NCBI GenBank assembly: GCA_041915645.1
Contig: JAYSBB010000001.1
Coordinates: 16,007-80,006, forward strand
From: Tolumonas sp.
Lineage (GTDB): Bacteria; Pseudomonadota; Gammaproteobacteria; Enterobacterales; Aeromonadaceae
Length of the DNA stretch: 64,000 nucleotides
Direction: 5' to 3'
In this document: piece by piece, positions 34,024 to 46,031 of the stretch
How the letters are laid out: every line of letters begins with the position of its first letter
How positions within the stretch are numbered: the stretch's first letter is position 1
Notes under the pieces: model-generated
What the model was told of the DNA's origin: nothing
Databases searched by the model: none
What the model saw: only the letters and a program-made list of their open reading frames with translations
Program-made: the position numbers and the translations under genes

Positions 34024-34941
34024 TTATTCCAGCGCATACGGTAAAGGATGTATAAACAGTGAAGATTCTTCATCGTTTGCAATCCGAAATACGCTGTCTG
34101 CAGGGGTATCCGATGGTAAAACAATGCTGATTAGTAATTGTTCATTTTTTTGCCAGACATCAAGGATGGTGCCACTCGTGCGCCAATGTTCGCCTAATTG
34201 ACGTTCGACCACACTATCGGTCGACACAGGGCTACGAGCGGTACCTTGAAGAATAAAGAGCGTCCGATTGTTGATGCCGCGGTACTTTGCTCGTGCCACG
34301 GTTTCCTGTCCGGTATAACACCCTTTCGTGAAGCTGATGGCCTGTAAAATATGTAAATTGAGTGCTTGAGGAATGAATTCAGCTTGTGAGTTTTTATTCA
34401 GCTGAGGTAATCCATCCAAAATATCCAGGCCCCACCAATCATTATGCGGCTGTTCTGGTAATGAGAGAGGCAAGGAATGAGATTTTTGCGATAGCAATAA
34501 CCAGCGATCTTGTTTGATTTGACATTTCACAAGTGAGGTATCAAGTTGCTCAAATGTGGTTATGTGAGTGTTGATCCACTCGTCGGTAGCTGTGCCTGCT
34601 ACACCAATCACATAGAATTCATTGCTGACATCTGTGATGGTTAGCTTAGAAAATACCGCATATTTTTTCAGTTCAGCTAACTCAATTTCCGCCAGTTCTT
34701 TTTTATACATCAGCAGCAGATCTTGTTCTCGTTTGAATAATCTAAATGCTGCGAGTACTTTTCCTTTTGGATTGCAGTGGGCGCCAAGGCTGCTTTGTCC
34801 TGGTGTTAGTGCTGCAATATCACAAGTAACCTGACCATTCAGATATTTGACTGCATCAGGACCTTCTAACCGGATCACTGTTACATCATCCAGATGATAT
34901 ACACTGGGTTCAGAAGGAAATAAAAGTCGTTCATTCATCAT
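34024..34941 (-). CDS. ygfZ: Folate-binding Fe-S/tRNA-modification protein YgfZ
   Basis: GPDAVKYLNGQVTCD, KGCYTGQE signature; divergent from sdhE. Confidence 0.95.
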   Translation of the reverse strand: MMNERLLFPSEPSVYHLDDVTVIRLEGPDAVKYLNGQVTCDIAALTPGQSSLGAHCNPKGKVLAAFRLFKREQDLLLMYKKELAEIELAELKKYAVFSKLTITDVSNEFYVIGVAGTATDEWINTHITTFEQLDTSLVKCQIKQDRWLLLSQKSHSLPLSLPEQPHNDWWGLDILDGLPQLNKNSQAEFIPQALNLHILQAISFTKGCYTGQETVARAKYRGINNRTLFILQGTARSPVSTDSVVERQLGEHWRTSGTILDVWQKNEQLLISIVLPSDTPADSVFRIANDEESSLFIHPLPYALE

Positions 34942-35033
34942 GGTTTTTTCCACATTGGGATGGTGATTCATGGTAAATAACGAGCTATTGTTTGTCAGCT
35001 TCTATTAGTAAGATTATCAAAGGAAATCATGGC

Positions 35034-35291
35034 ATGAATGCTGAGTTGTCTAAGTTACGTTGGGCTTGTCGTCGGGGCATGCTTGAGTTGGATTCGATGC
35101 TGGCTCCCTTTTTTGAGCTCCATTACCTTGATCTCTCTGTTCCGTTGCAACAAGATTTCCAACGATTGCTCGAGTGTTCAGATATGGAGTTGTTTCGTTG
35201 TTTGTTACGGGCTGAAACACCATCAGACACATCACTAGAATTGATTTTGGGAGTGATTCGTGAAAAACATCAGGCACGTTATTCGGGTTGA
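35034..35291 (+). CDS. sdhE: FAD assembly factor SdhE (YgfY)
   Basis: LRWACRRGMLELD (RGxxE motif). Confidence 0.95.
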   Translation: MNAELSKLRWACRRGMLELDSMLAPFFELHYLDLSVPLQQDFQRLLECSDMELFRCLLRAETPSDTSLELILGVIREKHQARYSG

Positions 35292-35655
35292 ATCATCGCA
35301 TCATCACCAACTTTTTTTGCTGATTGGTCATATCATTCTTGGCTGGTTAGCCTGGTCTTCATTACATGGCCATTTTTGGTTGTTGTTCTTTATTTTATGG
35401 GGCTGCACACTCTTCTGGTCGTTATATCAGGCGAGCCATCGGCAATTTGTTTTGGAAATGCGCGGCGATGAAGTGTTTTGGGACGGTAAGTTTTATCATA
35501 TAACACCCACATCACGGGTTGGGTATGGATTTATCTGGCTGGTATTACAAGGTGGGCAGGGCGAGAAACGCATCCATTTATGGTTGTTTTCAGACAGTAT
35601 GGATGAGGCTGAATACCGCCGGATTGCCCGGCGGATCAATATGCGAACTCAGTAA
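35260..35655 (+). CDS. ygfX: Inner membrane protein YgfX
   Basis: Two N-terminal TM segments, [16 protein letters not shown]; overlaps sdhE as in enterics. Confidence 0.8.
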   Translation: MKNIRHVIRVESSHHHQLFLLIGHIILGWLAWSSLHGHFWLLFFILWGCTLFWSLYQASHRQFVLEMRGDEVFWDGKFYHITPTSRVGYGFIWLVLQGGQGEKRIHLWLFSDSMDEAEYRRIARRINMRTQ

Positions 35656-37262
35656 TCACCTGGGATCAAAATAGTCGGTGTTGGATTATCCTGCTGTTCA
35701 GGATAATCCAGATTGTAATGCAGTCCTCTGGACTCTTTACGCGCCATCGCGGAGCGTACGATGAGTTCAGCGACTTGCAGCAGATTACGCAGTTCAAGCA
35801 GGTTATTGGAAACCCTGAAGTTCGAGTAATACTCTTGTACTTCCTGCTTCAGCAAGTCAATACGGCGTTTCGCTCGTTCCAGTCGTTTGTTGGTGCGTAC
35901 AATACCGACGTAATCCCACATGAAGAGCCGTAATTCATGCCAGTTATGCTGGATCACCACTTCTTCATCGGAATTACCGACTTGGCTTTCATCCCATGCC
36001 GGTAATGATGGTGGCATACTGCTCATCGGCAATCGTGCTTTGATATCGTCGGCGGCAGACTGAGCAAACACAATACATTCCAGTATTGAGTTCGACGCCA
36101 TCCGGTTAGCACCATGCAGCCCTGTGTATGACACTTCACCTATCGCATAAAGACCTGGAATGTCAGTTTGACCAAACTTGTCACTCATTACGCCACCACA
36201 GGTATAGTGCGCTGCGGGTACAACTGGGATCGGCTGTTTGGTGATATCAATACCTAGTTTCAGACAGCGTTCATAAATAGTCGGGAAATGTTTGCTAACG
36301 AATTCAGCCGGTTTATGGCTGATATCTAAAAACATGCAGTCAGCACCGAGGCGCTTCATTTCATAATCAATAGCTCGAGCGACAATATCGCGTGGTGCCA
36401 GTTCTGCCCTCTGGTCGAAATCAGGCATGAAGCGAGAACCATCAGGGCGTTTTAATAAAGCACCTTCACCACGTAACGCTTCGGTCAGCAGAAAATTGCG
36501 GTCATCTGGGTGGAAAAGTGTGGTTGGATGGAATTGATTAAATTCCATGTTGGCAACCCGACAGCCCGCTCGCCAGGCCATTGCGATACCATCGCCGGAG
36601 CTGACATCAGGATTAGAGGTATATTGATATACTTTTGATGCACCGCCCGTAGCTAACGCAACAAAACGGGCTTTTACTGTTTCAACCTGTTCTTTGGTCC
36701 GATTCCAAATGTAGGCACCCAGAATGCGATTACCCGGAATACCCAGTTTACGAGTTGTGATCAGATCAACAGCATTAAAGCGTTCCATTAACTGAATATT
36801 TGGATGTTGGCGCACGCGATCAACCAGTGTGACTTCAACTGATTTTCCTGTGGAGTCAGCTGAATGGAAAATCCGTCGGTGACTGTGACCACCTTCGCGG
36901 GTTAAATGATAAGCTGGTTCACCATCTTCTGAGGTCGCTTCTTCTTTATCGAAGGGCACTCCTTGCTGAATTAACCAATCAATCGATTCTTTGGCATTTT
37001 CTGCGGTAAATTCAACAATGGCTTTATCACATAAACCGGCACCCGCGATCAGCGTGTCATTCACGTGAGATTCGACGCTATCTGTCTCTTCTGCAACAGC
37101 AGCGATGCCTCCCTGGGCATAATAGGTAGCCCCTTCACTTAAGGGCCCTTTGCTCAATACCATCACTTTTGCATGATCTGCTAGGCGTAATGCTAAAGTG
37201 AGGCCTGCGGCACCACTGCCAATGATCAAAACATCGCAGGAGTATTCAACATTCTGTTTCAT
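35649..37262 (-). CDS. nadB: L-aspartate oxidase
   Basis: [34 protein letters not shown]; divergent from rpoE. Confidence 0.98.
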   Translation of the reverse strand: MKQNVEYSCDVLIIGSGAAGLTLALRLADHAKVMVLSKGPLSEGATYYAQGGIAAVAEETDSVESHVNDTLIAGAGLCDKAIVEFTAENAKESIDWLIQQGVPFDKEEATSEDGEPAYHLTREGGHSHRRIFHSADSTGKSVEVTLVDRVRQHPNIQLMERFNAVDLITTRKLGIPGNRILGAYIWNRTKEQVETVKARFVALATGGASKVYQYTSNPDVSSGDGIAMAWRAGCRVANMEFNQFHPTTLFHPDDRNFLLTEALRGEGALLKRPDGSRFMPDFDQRAELAPRDIVARAIDYEMKRLGADCMFLDISHKPAEFVSKHFPTIYERCLKLGIDITKQPIPVVPAAHYTCGGVMSDKFGQTDIPGLYAIGEVSYTGLHGANRMASNSILECIVFAQSAADDIKARLPMSSMPPSLPAWDESQVGNSDEEVVIQHNWHELRLFMWDYVGIVRTNKRLERAKRRIDLLKQEVQEYYSNFRVSNNLLELRNLLQVAELIVRSAMARKESRGLHYNLDYPEQQDNPTPTILIPGDY

Positions 37263-37350
37263 AAGTATCATTGGCCTTGATGAGGAAAGCTTTATACTAG
37301 CCCAACTGATGGTCAGGTACAGCCCGGATCACGTTTTTTTGCCGAGAATA

Positions 37351-37377
37351 GAACTTTTCTCCAAAAATACTGTCTGA
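37351..37377 (+). promoter_or_regulatory. sigmaE autoregulatory promoter of rpoE
   Basis: GAACTT-N16-TCTGA. Confidence 0.8.
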
Positions 37378-37431
37378 ATAAGAGTGCTACTTCGGGCCGA
37401 TAGTGAAAATTTGGAGGAAATCGGCGTCGAT

Positions 37432-38016
37432 ATGAGCGATATAGAGATCGATCAACGGTTAGTTGAACGAGTGCAACATGGTGATAAACAAGCGTTTAAC
37501 CTGTTGGTAACAAAATACCAACGTAAGATCATGAATCTGGTTAGCCGCTATGTGAGTAACCCGAGCGATGGTGCCGATGTGGTACAGGAAGTGTTTATAA
37601 GTGCTTATCGTTTTTTGCCTTCATTTAGGAACGACAGTGCTTTTTATACATGGCTGTATCGTATTGCTGTAAATACGGCGAAGAATTATCTGGTCTCTAA
37701 TGGCCGACGTCCACCGGGAATGGATGTTGATATTGGTGATGCGGAACAATATGACTCTGGTGATGCGTTACGGGATATAGCGAGCCCTGAGCGTTTACTG
37801 TCATCAGATCAGGTGCAACAAACGGTAACCGATGCATTGCAATCATTACCGGAAGATTTGCGCACAGTGATTACGTTGCGTGAAATAGAAGGTTTGAGCT
37901 ACGACGAGATAGCAGAAGTGATTGGTTGTCCTGTTGGCACTGTCCGTTCTCGTATTTTTCGTGCTCGGGAAGTTATTGATAATCGTCTTAAGGCCGTACT
38001 GCAGGGAATAGATTAG
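37432..38016 (+). CDS. rpoE: RNA polymerase sigma factor RpoE
   Basis: DQRLVERVQ.GD..AFNLLV, SAFYTWLYRIAVNTAKNYL, GTVRSRIFRAR. Confidence 0.97.
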   Translation: MSDIEIDQRLVERVQHGDKQAFNLLVTKYQRKIMNLVSRYVSNPSDGADVVQEVFISAYRFLPSFRNDSAFYTWLYRIAVNTAKNYLVSNGRRPPGMDVDIGDAEQYDSGDALRDIASPERLLSSDQVQQTVTDALQSLPEDLRTVITLREIEGLSYDEIAEVIGCPVGTVRSRIFRAREVIDNRLKAVLQGID

Positions 38017-38051
38017 GATTATCCTGCTTTGAAATGGAGTAACGGGTTAGT

Positions 38052-38630
38052 ATGACTACATCAAAAGAACGCATTTCAGCTCTGATGGATAATGAATTAC
38101 CGTCCGAGCAATCAATGAAAGCCTTACTGGAAGATCCTTCTTTATCTGCGACATGGGCGCGGTATCACCTCATCGGTGACGCGTTGCGTGATGAGTTACC
38201 TGAATATTTAGATGAAACTTTGTCGCAGCGTATTGCTAATGCATTAGAGCAAGAGCCAACTATTCTTGCACCTAAGCCTCAACGCTCTTTCTTATCTGTA
38301 GTGCAACCCAAAGTTAAACAATTTATTCAGGTTGCTGGACAATACGGTATTGCTGCCTCTGTCGCGGTTGCGGTTCTTGTTGGCATTCAGCAATACCAAC
38401 AGCAAGATTCTATGAATGCGGTTATCAAACAAGGTCCTGTGCTGAACACGATCCCAGTTGCTGGCGGTTCGGCAACACCGGTAAGCATTAATTACAATAC
38501 TGATCGTATCCATGCTCAATCGCAATCTCAGGTTTTGTCTGAAAAACAGTTGCAAGAGGAACGTCAACGCATTGCCCGATACATTCAGGATCACCAATTG
38601 CAGCAACGTCTGTCACAAGTTGAGCGGTAA
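38052..38630 (+). CDS. rseA: Anti-sigmaE factor RseA
   Basis: KERISALMD, WARYHLIGDALR, TM IAASVAVAVLVG, Q-rich C-terminus. Confidence 0.95.
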   Translation: MTTSKERISALMDNELPSEQSMKALLEDPSLSATWARYHLIGDALRDELPEYLDETLSQRIANALEQEPTILAPKPQRSFLSVVQPKVKQFIQVAGQYGIAASVAVAVLVGIQQYQQQDSMNAVIKQGPVLNTIPVAGGSATPVSINYNTDRIHAQSQSQVLSEKQLQEERQRIARYIQDHQLQQRLSQVER

Positions 38631-38637
38631 TCGAATT

Positions 38638-39618
38638 TTGATACATCGTATAGTGTTAGCTTTTTTTCTTATTGGTTCGTTCATCTCTAAAGCCTCTGCT
38701 GACTCTTCAGCAGAGGCTTTGTTATTTCAAATGCAGCGTGGTTATCATCACAACAATTTTGAGTTGGCGATGGTGCATATACTACAAAATAACATTGAAC
38801 CATTGAGATTGACCCATGGTTGGTATGCCAACAACGAGATCACTCATCTGCTGTCTTTGAGTGGTCGTCCAGTTGAATATCTTGGAAAAAACAAGCAAGT
38901 TACTTTCGCGGAATCAGCGGAGTCATCTTATACCTTGCAAAACTCGCGGCTACCGGGTCTCTGGTTTTCGGTTTTGAATTGCACCCCAGAAACCTTGCTG
39001 GAACATTATGAAGTTGTCAGCACAGGGAAAAATCGTATTGCTGGGCAAGTGGCACAGTTAGTCCGGCTGTCAGCCAAAGATGAGAGTAAATATAACTTTA
39101 TCCTTTGGTTGGAACAGAAAACCGGTATTTTGCTGCGTCTGGATATTAACGATGCGCAAGGAAACCTGGTTGAGCAGTATCTGGGCGTTGATTTTCGTTT
39201 TTTACCTGAAAATGCTTCAAATATTAAAGCTATAGCATCGACGAAAGTCCCAGTGGCTGAACGCCATCAGGATATATATCGCGCAGATCCCGACTCTCAT
39301 TTGTGGAAGCTTGGCTGGTTACCAGCGGGATTTGCGCCATTATCGGCGGATCAACATAAACTAATCGGTAGTGAGGAATTGGTGGACTATTTCTTGCTTA
39401 GTGATGGTTTAGTCGATGTCTCTGTTTATATTTCGCGGTCATCAGTTCAGGGCGCTGTGCGTGAAAAAGAGCAATTTGCCATGTCTGGTGCGACGTCTGT
39501 TTTAAGTTTAAGCCGGGATGATGGCGTGACTTTGACCGTGGTAGGTGAATTGCCAGCAACAAGTTTGCGTCGTATAGCAGAGACTGTTCAGGTTAATCAG
39601 CAGGAGAATAGTCCATGA
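38638..39618 (+). CDS. rseB: SigmaE regulator RseB/MucB (TTG start uncertain)
   Basis: Signal peptide, RIAG, WLPAGF, SDGLVDVSVY, TVVGELP. Confidence 0.9.
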   Translation: MIHRIVLAFFLIGSFISKASADSSAEALLFQMQRGYHHNNFELAMVHILQNNIEPLRLTHGWYANNEITHLLSLSGRPVEYLGKNKQVTFAESAESSYTLQNSRLPGLWFSVLNCTPETLLEHYEVVSTGKNRIAGQVAQLVRLSAKDESKYNFILWLEQKTGILLRLDINDAQGNLVEQYLGVDFRFLPENASNIKAIASTKVPVAERHQDIYRADPDSHLWKLGWLPAGFAPLSADQHKLIGSEELVDYFLLSDGLVDVSVYISRSSVQGAVREKEQFAMSGATSVLSLSRDDGVTLTVVGELPATSLRRIAETVQVNQQENSP

Positions 39619-40082
39619 TTGAAGCAATCGCTACGGTCGTAGCCACAAAGAGCGGTATCGTCAGTGTCGAATATAAACGATTGTCTGCTTGTGGGCATTG
39701 TCAGCAAGAATCAAGCTGCAATATCAGTTCGATGGCTAAAGAAGAAAAAAATGATGCGCAAATTATTGATGTTGCCTGCTCGTTAGAATTGGAAGTCGGG
39801 CAACAGGTGAGAATTGGCATCCCGGAAAATGGGCTGTTAAAAGGAGCTCTGTTGGTTTATATCCTACCGCTATTTTTTATCATGCTGGGTGCGGCTATCG
39901 GGCAGTACTTATCAGTGGCGGATGCGGAGTGGCCATCGGTAGCCGGTGCGTTTCTGGGCGGTGGCCTTGGTTTTTTGCTGATGCGATTTAAATCGGCTAG
40001 ATTGACCAAAGCAGAGTATAAACCGGTGATATTAGGGGTGACGATCCCAATCATTTCTGTACTGCAGAACAACTGTCACTGA
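39615..40082 (+). CDS. rseC: RseC/MucC
   Basis: SACGHC....C motif, ALLVYILPL, two TM helices. Confidence 0.92.
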   Translation: MIEAIATVVATKSGIVSVEYKRLSACGHCQQESSCNISSMAKEEKNDAQIIDVACSLELEVGQQVRIGIPENGLLKGALLVYILPLFFIMLGAAIGQYLSVADAEWPSVAGAFLGGGLGFLLMRFKSARLTKAEYKPVILGVTIPIISVLQNNCH

Positions 40083-40220
40083 CCGATTTCTGACTGTACT
40101 GGCTGTCGTTCTGATAGTCAGTGCAATCATTCACGACTAATCATAGCTCTACCGCCGCTAATCCAGTAAAATCCTGCTCAAATTATCGTTAATTACATGC
40201 CATCAGATAAATAAGACCTC

Positions 40221-42017
40221 ATGAAAAATATTCGTAACTTCTCTATTATTGCCCATATTGACCATGGTAAATCCACACTGTCAGACCGCTTGATTCAGAC
40301 TTGTGGCGGCCTCAGCGAACGTGAAATGCAAGCGCAGGTTCTGGATTCCATGGATCTTGAACGTGAACGTGGGATCACGATCAAGGCGCAGAGTGTTACG
40401 CTGGATTACAAAGCTAGAGATGGCGAAACGTATCAGCTGAATTTCATTGATACACCTGGCCACGTGGACTTTTCCTATGAAGTATCGCGCTCGCTGGCAG
40501 CCTGTGAAGGCGCGTTACTGGTCGTCGATGCAGGGCAGGGTGTTGAAGCCCAAACCTTGGCGAATTGCTATACCGCGATGGAAATGAACCTCGAAGTGGT
40601 TCCGGTTCTGAATAAGATCGATTTGCCGCAGGCAGAACCAGAGCGTGTTGCCGAAGAGATCGAAGATATCGTCGGTATTGATGCGATGGATGCCGTACGC
40701 TGTTCAGCCAAAACGGGTCTGGGCGTTGATGACGTATTAGAAGAGATTGTAAAACGTATTCCGGCGCCGGAAGGTGATCCGGATGCACCGTTACAGGCTC
40801 TGATCATCGACTCGTGGTTTGATGATTATCTGGGCGTGGTCTCGTTGGTCCGCATTAAAAACGGTTCGTTGAAAAAGAACGACAAAATCAAGGTAATGAG
40901 TACCGGTCAGACGTGGAGTGTCGATCGTCTGGGTATTTCAACACCGAAACAAAAAGACACATTAGCCTTAAATTGCGGCGAAGTAGGTTGGGTGGTGTGT
41001 GGTATCAAAGACATCCATGGTGCGCCAGTCGGTGATACGCTGACACTGGCTAAAAATGGTGCGGAAAACGCATTACCCGGCTTCAAAAAAGTAAAACCGC
41101 AGGTCTATGCGGGTTTGTTCCCTATATCATCGGAAGATTATGAAGCGTTCCGTGATGCGTTAGAAAAACTGTCGCTGAACGATGCTTCTCTGTTTTACGA
41201 GCCGGAAAATTCGACCGCATTAGGGTTTGGTTTCCGTTGTGGCTTCCTGGGCATGTTGCACATGGAAATCATTCAGGAACGTCTGGAACGAGAGTATGAT
41301 CTTGATTTGATTACAACTGCTCCGACAGTAGTATATGAAATCGCCATGACCGACGGATCGACAATTCATATTGATAGTCCATCCAATTTACCGGCCATCA
41401 ATAACATTGAAGAGCTTCGTGAACCGATCGCGGAATGTAATATCCTGGTTCCACAAGAGTATCTTGGTAACGTCATCACGTTATGTATCGAAAAACGTGG
41501 TGTGCAAACCAACATGGTTTATCACGGCAATCAGGTCGCTTTAACCTATGAGATCCCGATGGCCGAAGTGGTGCTGGATTTCTTTGACCGTCTGAAATCG
41601 ACCAGCCGTGGTTATGCCTCACTGGATTATGGTTTTAAACGTTTTGATGCTGCCGACATGGTGCGTCTGGATATTCTGATCAACGGTGAGCGGGTTGATG
41701 CGTTGGCTATTATCACGCACAAAGACAATGCACCATTCCGTGGTCGTCAGTTGGTTGAAAAAATGCGCGAACTGATCCCACGACAGATGTTTGATATTGC
41801 TATTCAAGCTGCAATTGGCAACCATATTATTGCCCGTAGTACGGTGAAAGCGATGCGCAAAGACGTATTGGCGAAATGCTATGGTGGTGACGTCAGCCGT
41901 AAGAAAAAACTGCTGAATAAGCAGAAAGAGGGTAAAAAGAGAATGAAGTCGGTAGGTCGTGTTGACGTACCACAAGAAGCGTTTCTCGCAATCCTGCATG
42001 TTGGAAAGGATAACTAA
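40221..42017 (+). CDS. lepA: Elongation factor 4 LepA
   Basis: [35 protein letters not shown]. Confidence 0.99.
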   Translation: MKNIRNFSIIAHIDHGKSTLSDRLIQTCGGLSEREMQAQVLDSMDLERERGITIKAQSVTLDYKARDGETYQLNFIDTPGHVDFSYEVSRSLAACEGALLVVDAGQGVEAQTLANCYTAMEMNLEVVPVLNKIDLPQAEPERVAEEIEDIVGIDAMDAVRCSAKTGLGVDDVLEEIVKRIPAPEGDPDAPLQALIIDSWFDDYLGVVSLVRIKNGSLKKNDKIKVMSTGQTWSVDRLGISTPKQKDTLALNCGEVGWVVCGIKDIHGAPVGDTLTLAKNGAENALPGFKKVKPQVYAGLFPISSEDYEAFRDALEKLSLNDASLFYEPENSTALGFGFRCGFLGMLHMEIIQERLEREYDLDLITTAPTVVYEIAMTDGSTIHIDSPSNLPAINNIEELREPIAECNILVPQEYLGNVITLCIEKRGVQTNMVYHGNQVALTYEIPMAEVVLDFFDRLKSTSRGYASLDYGFKRFDAADMVRLDILINGERVDALAIITHKDNAPFRGRQLVEKMRELIPRQMFDIAIQAAIGNHIIARSTVKAMRKDVLAKCYGGDVSRKKKLLNKQKEGKKRMKSVGRVDVPQEAFLAILHVGKDN

Positions 42018-42020
42018 TTA

Positions 42021-42941
42021 ATGGCTAATACGTTTGCACTGATTCTGGTTGCAGTCACGTTGGTAACTGGATTGGTTTGGTTACTGGATCATTGGGTGTT
42101 GGTTCGTATTCGAGCGGCAAAAGCGCGTCAGGCACAGGCTTCCGCGGGGTCACCCCTGACGGCCGAAGCCATTGAAAAACTGATGACAGAACCCGTTTGG
42201 GTCGAACAATGTAAAGGCATTTTCCCGGTTATTGCGGCTGTATTAGTGCTACGTTCATTTTTATATGAGCCATTTCAGATCCCATCCGGTTCGATGATGC
42301 CTACCTTGCTGGAGGGTGATTTTATTCTGGTGAATAAATACACCTACGGTTTGAAGGAACCGGTGACGAATCGTACGATGCTGGAAACCGGGCATCCACA
42401 GCGTGGCGATGTGATTGTATTTAAATATCCGGAAAACCCGCGCATTGATTACATCAAACGGGTGATTGGTTTACCTGGCGATCGTATTATTTTTCGCGAT
42501 AAAGAGCTTTATCTGCAACCGGCGTGTAACGATAGTAAAGTTTGTCCACAACTGCAGAAAATTAATACTACCTTTGTAGAAAGTGGCGAATTTAGCCAGT
42601 TAGGTATGCCATTAGAGCATTACACCGAAAAACTGACTGCCACGAAAAACCACGACATTCTGCGTAATAACTTTATTCCTGATCGCACAGGCATGTATTA
42701 CCAACAACCGGGCCAGCCTGTTGGTGAATGGGTGGTACCGGAAGGGTATTATTTTGCTATGGGAGATAACCGCGATAACAGTCAGGATAGTCGTTTCTGG
42801 GGTTTTGTGCCGGAACGTAACTTGGTTGGGAAAGCGGTTGCTATCTGGATGAGTTTTGAATTCGATCGCCCGGCAGGTAGTTCAGTACCTAGTTGGATAC
42901 CGACCGGTGTTCGTTTTAATCGTATAGGCAGTATTCAGTGA
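42021..42941 (+). CDS. lepB: Signal peptidase I
   Basis: [32 protein letters not shown]. Confidence 0.98.
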   Translation: MANTFALILVAVTLVTGLVWLLDHWVLVRIRAAKARQAQASAGSPLTAEAIEKLMTEPVWVEQCKGIFPVIAAVLVLRSFLYEPFQIPSGSMMPTLLEGDFILVNKYTYGLKEPVTNRTMLETGHPQRGDVIVFKYPENPRIDYIKRVIGLPGDRIIFRDKELYLQPACNDSKVCPQLQKINTTFVESGEFSQLGMPLEHYTEKLTATKNHDILRNNFIPDRTGMYYQQPGQPVGEWVVPEGYYFAMGDNRDNSQDSRFWGFVPERNLVGKAVAIWMSFEFDRPAGSSVPSWIPTGVRFNRIGSIQ

Positions 42942-43609
42942 ATGATAAGTTACCCCGCTTAGAACAAAAACTAGGCTATTCGTTTCAAAATAAAGATTTG
43001 TTAGTTCGGTCTATTACACATCGTAGTGCCGGTTCCCGTCATAACGAGCGGTTGGAGTTTTTGGGTGATTCCATATTAAGTCTGGTGATCGCCGAGGTGC
43101 TTTACCACCGTTTCCCCAATGTTAGTGAAGGGGATATGAGCCGCATGCGGGCGACCTTAGTTCGTGAACGCACATTGGCTGAACTGGCTCGTGAATTTGC
43201 GCTTGGTGATTATTTGATCTTAGGGCCTGGCGAGCTGAAAAGTGGCGGCTATCGTCGTGAATCCATTTTAGCCGATACGGTCGAAGCGTTAATTGGCGCT
43301 ATCTATATTGATAGTGATCTGGAAGCCATCAGGTCGTTGTTACTAACTTGGTACAACGATCGCTTGGACGCTATTCGTCCGGGTGTAGAACAAAAAGATC
43401 CGAAAACACGTTTGCAGGAATATTTGCAAGGTCGTCGTCGTTCGTTACCAACCTATGCGGTTACCGACGTAAAAGGGGAAGCACATAACCAGCAATTTAC
43501 GGTGGAATGTGTGATTGAAGATATTTCTGCTGCGTTTATTGGAGTTGGTTCCAGTCGCAGAAAGGCTGAACAGGCCGCTGCTGAGAAAGCACTGGAGCAA
43601 TTAGTATGA
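42938..43609 (+). CDS. rnc: Ribonuclease III
   Basis: [10 protein letters not shown] signature and dsRBD. Confidence 0.99.
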   Translation: MNDKLPRLEQKLGYSFQNKDLLVRSITHRSAGSRHNERLEFLGDSILSLVIAEVLYHRFPNVSEGDMSRMRATLVRERTLAELAREFALGDYLILGPGELKSGGYRRESILADTVEALIGAIYIDSDLEAIRSLLLTWYNDRLDAIRPGVEQKDPKTRLQEYLQGRRRSLPTYAVTDVKGEAHNQQFTVECVIEDISAAFIGVGSSRRKAEQAAAEKALEQLV

Positions 43610-44517
43610 CCGAAATGACTGAAGATAAAACCTACTGTGGTTTTGTGGCCATTGTGGGCCGTCCGAATGTGGGTAAATCGACCCTGCTGAATAAATTGCT
43701 GGGCCAGAAAGTCAGTATTACGTCACGTAAACCGCAAACCACACGTCACCGTATTTTGGGTATTGATACGCAAGGTGCTTACCAAACTATCTTTGTTGAT
43801 ACTCCTGGTTTGCATATTGAAGAAAAACGCGCTATCAACCGGTTGATGAACCGTGCCGCAAGCAGTTCGCTGGGTGATGTAGAAATGGTGGTGTTTGTGG
43901 TTGATGGCACACAATGGACCGCTGACGATGACATGGTGCTGAATAAACTGCGCTATATGAAATGTCCGGTTGTGCTGGCGGTCAATAAAGTCGATGTCAT
44001 CAAAGACAAAGAGGTTTTGTTGCCGCATCTGCAAATGTTGGCGCAGAAAGGTAATTTTGCAGAGATCCTGCCGATTTCGGCGGAAAAAGGCACTAACGTC
44101 GATAAAATCCGCGACATGGCGAAACGTCTGTTACCGGAAGGGCAGCATTATTTCCCAGAAGATTATATTACTGACCGCAGTTCACGGTTTATGGCATCAG
44201 AGATCATCCGCGAGAAACTGATGCGCTTTACCGGTGAAGAATTACCTTATTCCGTTACCGTAGAAATCGAACGCTTTAAAGTCGAAGACGATGGGCTGTT
44301 TCATATCAATGCGCTGATTCTGGTAGAACGTGAAGGCCAGAAGAAAATGGTGATCGGTAACAAAGGTGAAAAACTGAAAGTGATCGGTACCGAAGCGCGT
44401 CTGGATATGGAACGTTTATTCGGCCAGCGTGTCTTCTTAGAACTCTGGGTTAAAGTTAAATCCGGTTGGGCTGATGATGAACGCGCACTGCGTAGCTTAG
44501 GTTATGGTGATGACTGA
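43606..44517 (+). CDS. era: GTPase Era
   Basis: [18 protein letters not shown] domain VIGNKG. Confidence 0.99.
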   Translation: MTEMTEDKTYCGFVAIVGRPNVGKSTLLNKLLGQKVSITSRKPQTTRHRILGIDTQGAYQTIFVDTPGLHIEEKRAINRLMNRAASSSLGDVEMVVFVVDGTQWTADDDMVLNKLRYMKCPVVLAVNKVDVIKDKEVLLPHLQMLAQKGNFAEILPISAEKGTNVDKIRDMAKRLLPEGQHYFPEDYITDRSSRFMASEIIREKLMRFTGEELPYSVTVEIERFKVEDDGLFHINALILVEREGQKKMVIGNKGEKLKVIGTEARLDMERLFGQRVFLELWVKVKSGWADDERALRSLGYGDD

Positions 44518-45229
44518 GCCGGAAATGTTACCGGCTTTTGTATTGCATACCCGTCCTTATCGTGAAACCAGTCAGCTGGTGGATCTTTTTGTGGCTTCCA
44601 TGGGCAAAGTATCCGTGGTGGCCAAAGGTTCTCGCACATCCCGTTCTGCTGTAAAAGGGCTGTTACAGCCCTTTCTACCTTTGCATATTCGTTATAGTGG
44701 CAAAAGTAATCTGAAAACACTGGTGCAACTGGAAGCGCGAAGTCCGCAGGTTGCACTGCAAGGTGAACGCTTATTTAGCGCTTTATATCTGAACGAACTG
44801 CTTTACCATCTTTTGGAACCGGATACCGAATATCCGGGCCTCTATAGTAGTTATTTTCAGACATTACTGGTTTTATCGGATCCGCTGCAACCGGTCTCTC
44901 CCTTATTACGGCAATTTGAATTACTCTTGTTGCAGCAATTGGGTTACGGCGTCGATTTTTGTTATGCCGCTGATAGTGGTTTGCCGATTGATCCCACCTG
45001 TTTCTATCGTTACGAACCGGAAGCGGGTTTTATTACCACTGCGCTGCGCGACCATGCTGTTTTTTCTGGTACAGAGATAATTGGCATGGCGGAGCGGGAT
45101 TTTATTAATGCATCAATTTTAGCGGCAGCCCGACGCTTTTGTCGTCAGGCTTTTGCAGCGTTATTGGGCAATCGTCCCCTGAAAAGCAGGGAGCTTTATT
45201 CTGCGTTTATAGCAAGGAGATCAGAGTGA
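44510..45229 (+). CDS. recO: DNA repair protein RecO
   Basis: [27 protein letters not shown]. Confidence 0.96.
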   Translation: MTEPEMLPAFVLHTRPYRETSQLVDLFVASMGKVSVVAKGSRTSRSAVKGLLQPFLPLHIRYSGKSNLKTLVQLEARSPQVALQGERLFSALYLNELLYHLLEPDTEYPGLYSSYFQTLLVLSDPLQPVSPLLRQFELLLLQQLGYGVDFCYAADSGLPIDPTCFYRYEPEAGFITTALRDHAVFSGTEIIGMAERDFINASILAAARRFCRQAFAALLGNRPLKSRELYSAFIARRSE

Positions 45230-45957
45230 GCAAAATTTTATTGGGTGTAAATATCGATCATGTTGCCACGTTACGTAATGCCCGTGGTACGGCTTACCCT
45301 GATCCGGTGTTTGCAGCGGCGTTAGCTGAACAAGCTGGTGCGGAAGGGATCACTGTACACTTGCGTGAAGATCGCCGTCATATCACCGATCGTGACGTTG
45401 AGATTCTGCGTCAGACCATTAAAACACGCATGAATTTAGAGATGGCAGTGACAGAAGAGATGCTGACCATTGCTTGCCGTATCAAACCGCAGTTTGTGTG
45501 CTTAGTGCCAGAAAAACGCCAGGAAGTGACGACAGAAGGTGGTTTGGATGTTGCTTCACAAGTGGCGCGTATTCGTGATGCAGTTGAACGTCTTGCGGCA
45601 GTGGGTACTCAGGTTTCGCTGTTTATTGATGCGGATCATACCCAGATTGATGCGGCAGTAGAAAGCGGCGCACCTTACATTGAAATTCACACCGGTCGTT
45701 ATGCTGACGCTGAAACTGAAGCAGAACAGCAAGCTGAGCTGGCGCGTATCGCCGAAGCGGCGGCATATGCACATCAACGTGGCTTAAAAGTGAATGCGGG
45801 GCATGGTCTGCATTATCAAAACGTACAAGCTATCGCGGCGATCCCTGAAATGGTTGAGTTAAACATCGGCCATGCCATTATTGGCCGAGCGGTGTTTAGC
45901 GGTTTACCGGAAGCGGTTGCTGAAATGAAACGTTTGATGCTGGAAGCGCGTATGTAA
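45226..45957 (+). CDS. pdxJ: Pyridoxine 5'-phosphate synthase
   Basis: GTG start after AAGGAG; [27 protein letters not shown]. Confidence 0.98.
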   Translation: MSKILLGVNIDHVATLRNARGTAYPDPVFAAALAEQAGAEGITVHLREDRRHITDRDVEILRQTIKTRMNLEMAVTEEMLTIACRIKPQFVCLVPEKRQEVTTEGGLDVASQVARIRDAVERLAAVGTQVSLFIDADHTQIDAAVESGAPYIEIHTGRYADAETEAEQQAELARIAEAAAYAHQRGLKVNAGHGLHYQNVQAIAAIPEMVELNIGHAIIGRAVFSGLPEAVAEMKRLMLEARM

Positions 45958-45977
45958 GCTATCCGACTATATAAAAC

Positions 45978-46009
45978 AAAAAGGGCAGTCGCGATGACTG
46001 CCCTTTTTT
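45978..46009. terminator. Bidirectional terminator between pdxJ and the decarboxylase gene
   Basis: AAAAAGGGCAGTC-GCGAT-GACTGCCCTTTTT. Confidence 0.9.
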
Positions 46010-46031
46010 ATGTGTAACGCTAAACTTCGTG

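Noticed and set aside
40095-40125. 13-bp G-U-containing hairpin between rseC and lepA
   Set aside because: Most simply a 3' stabiliser or weak terminator; no evidence for an independent RNA.
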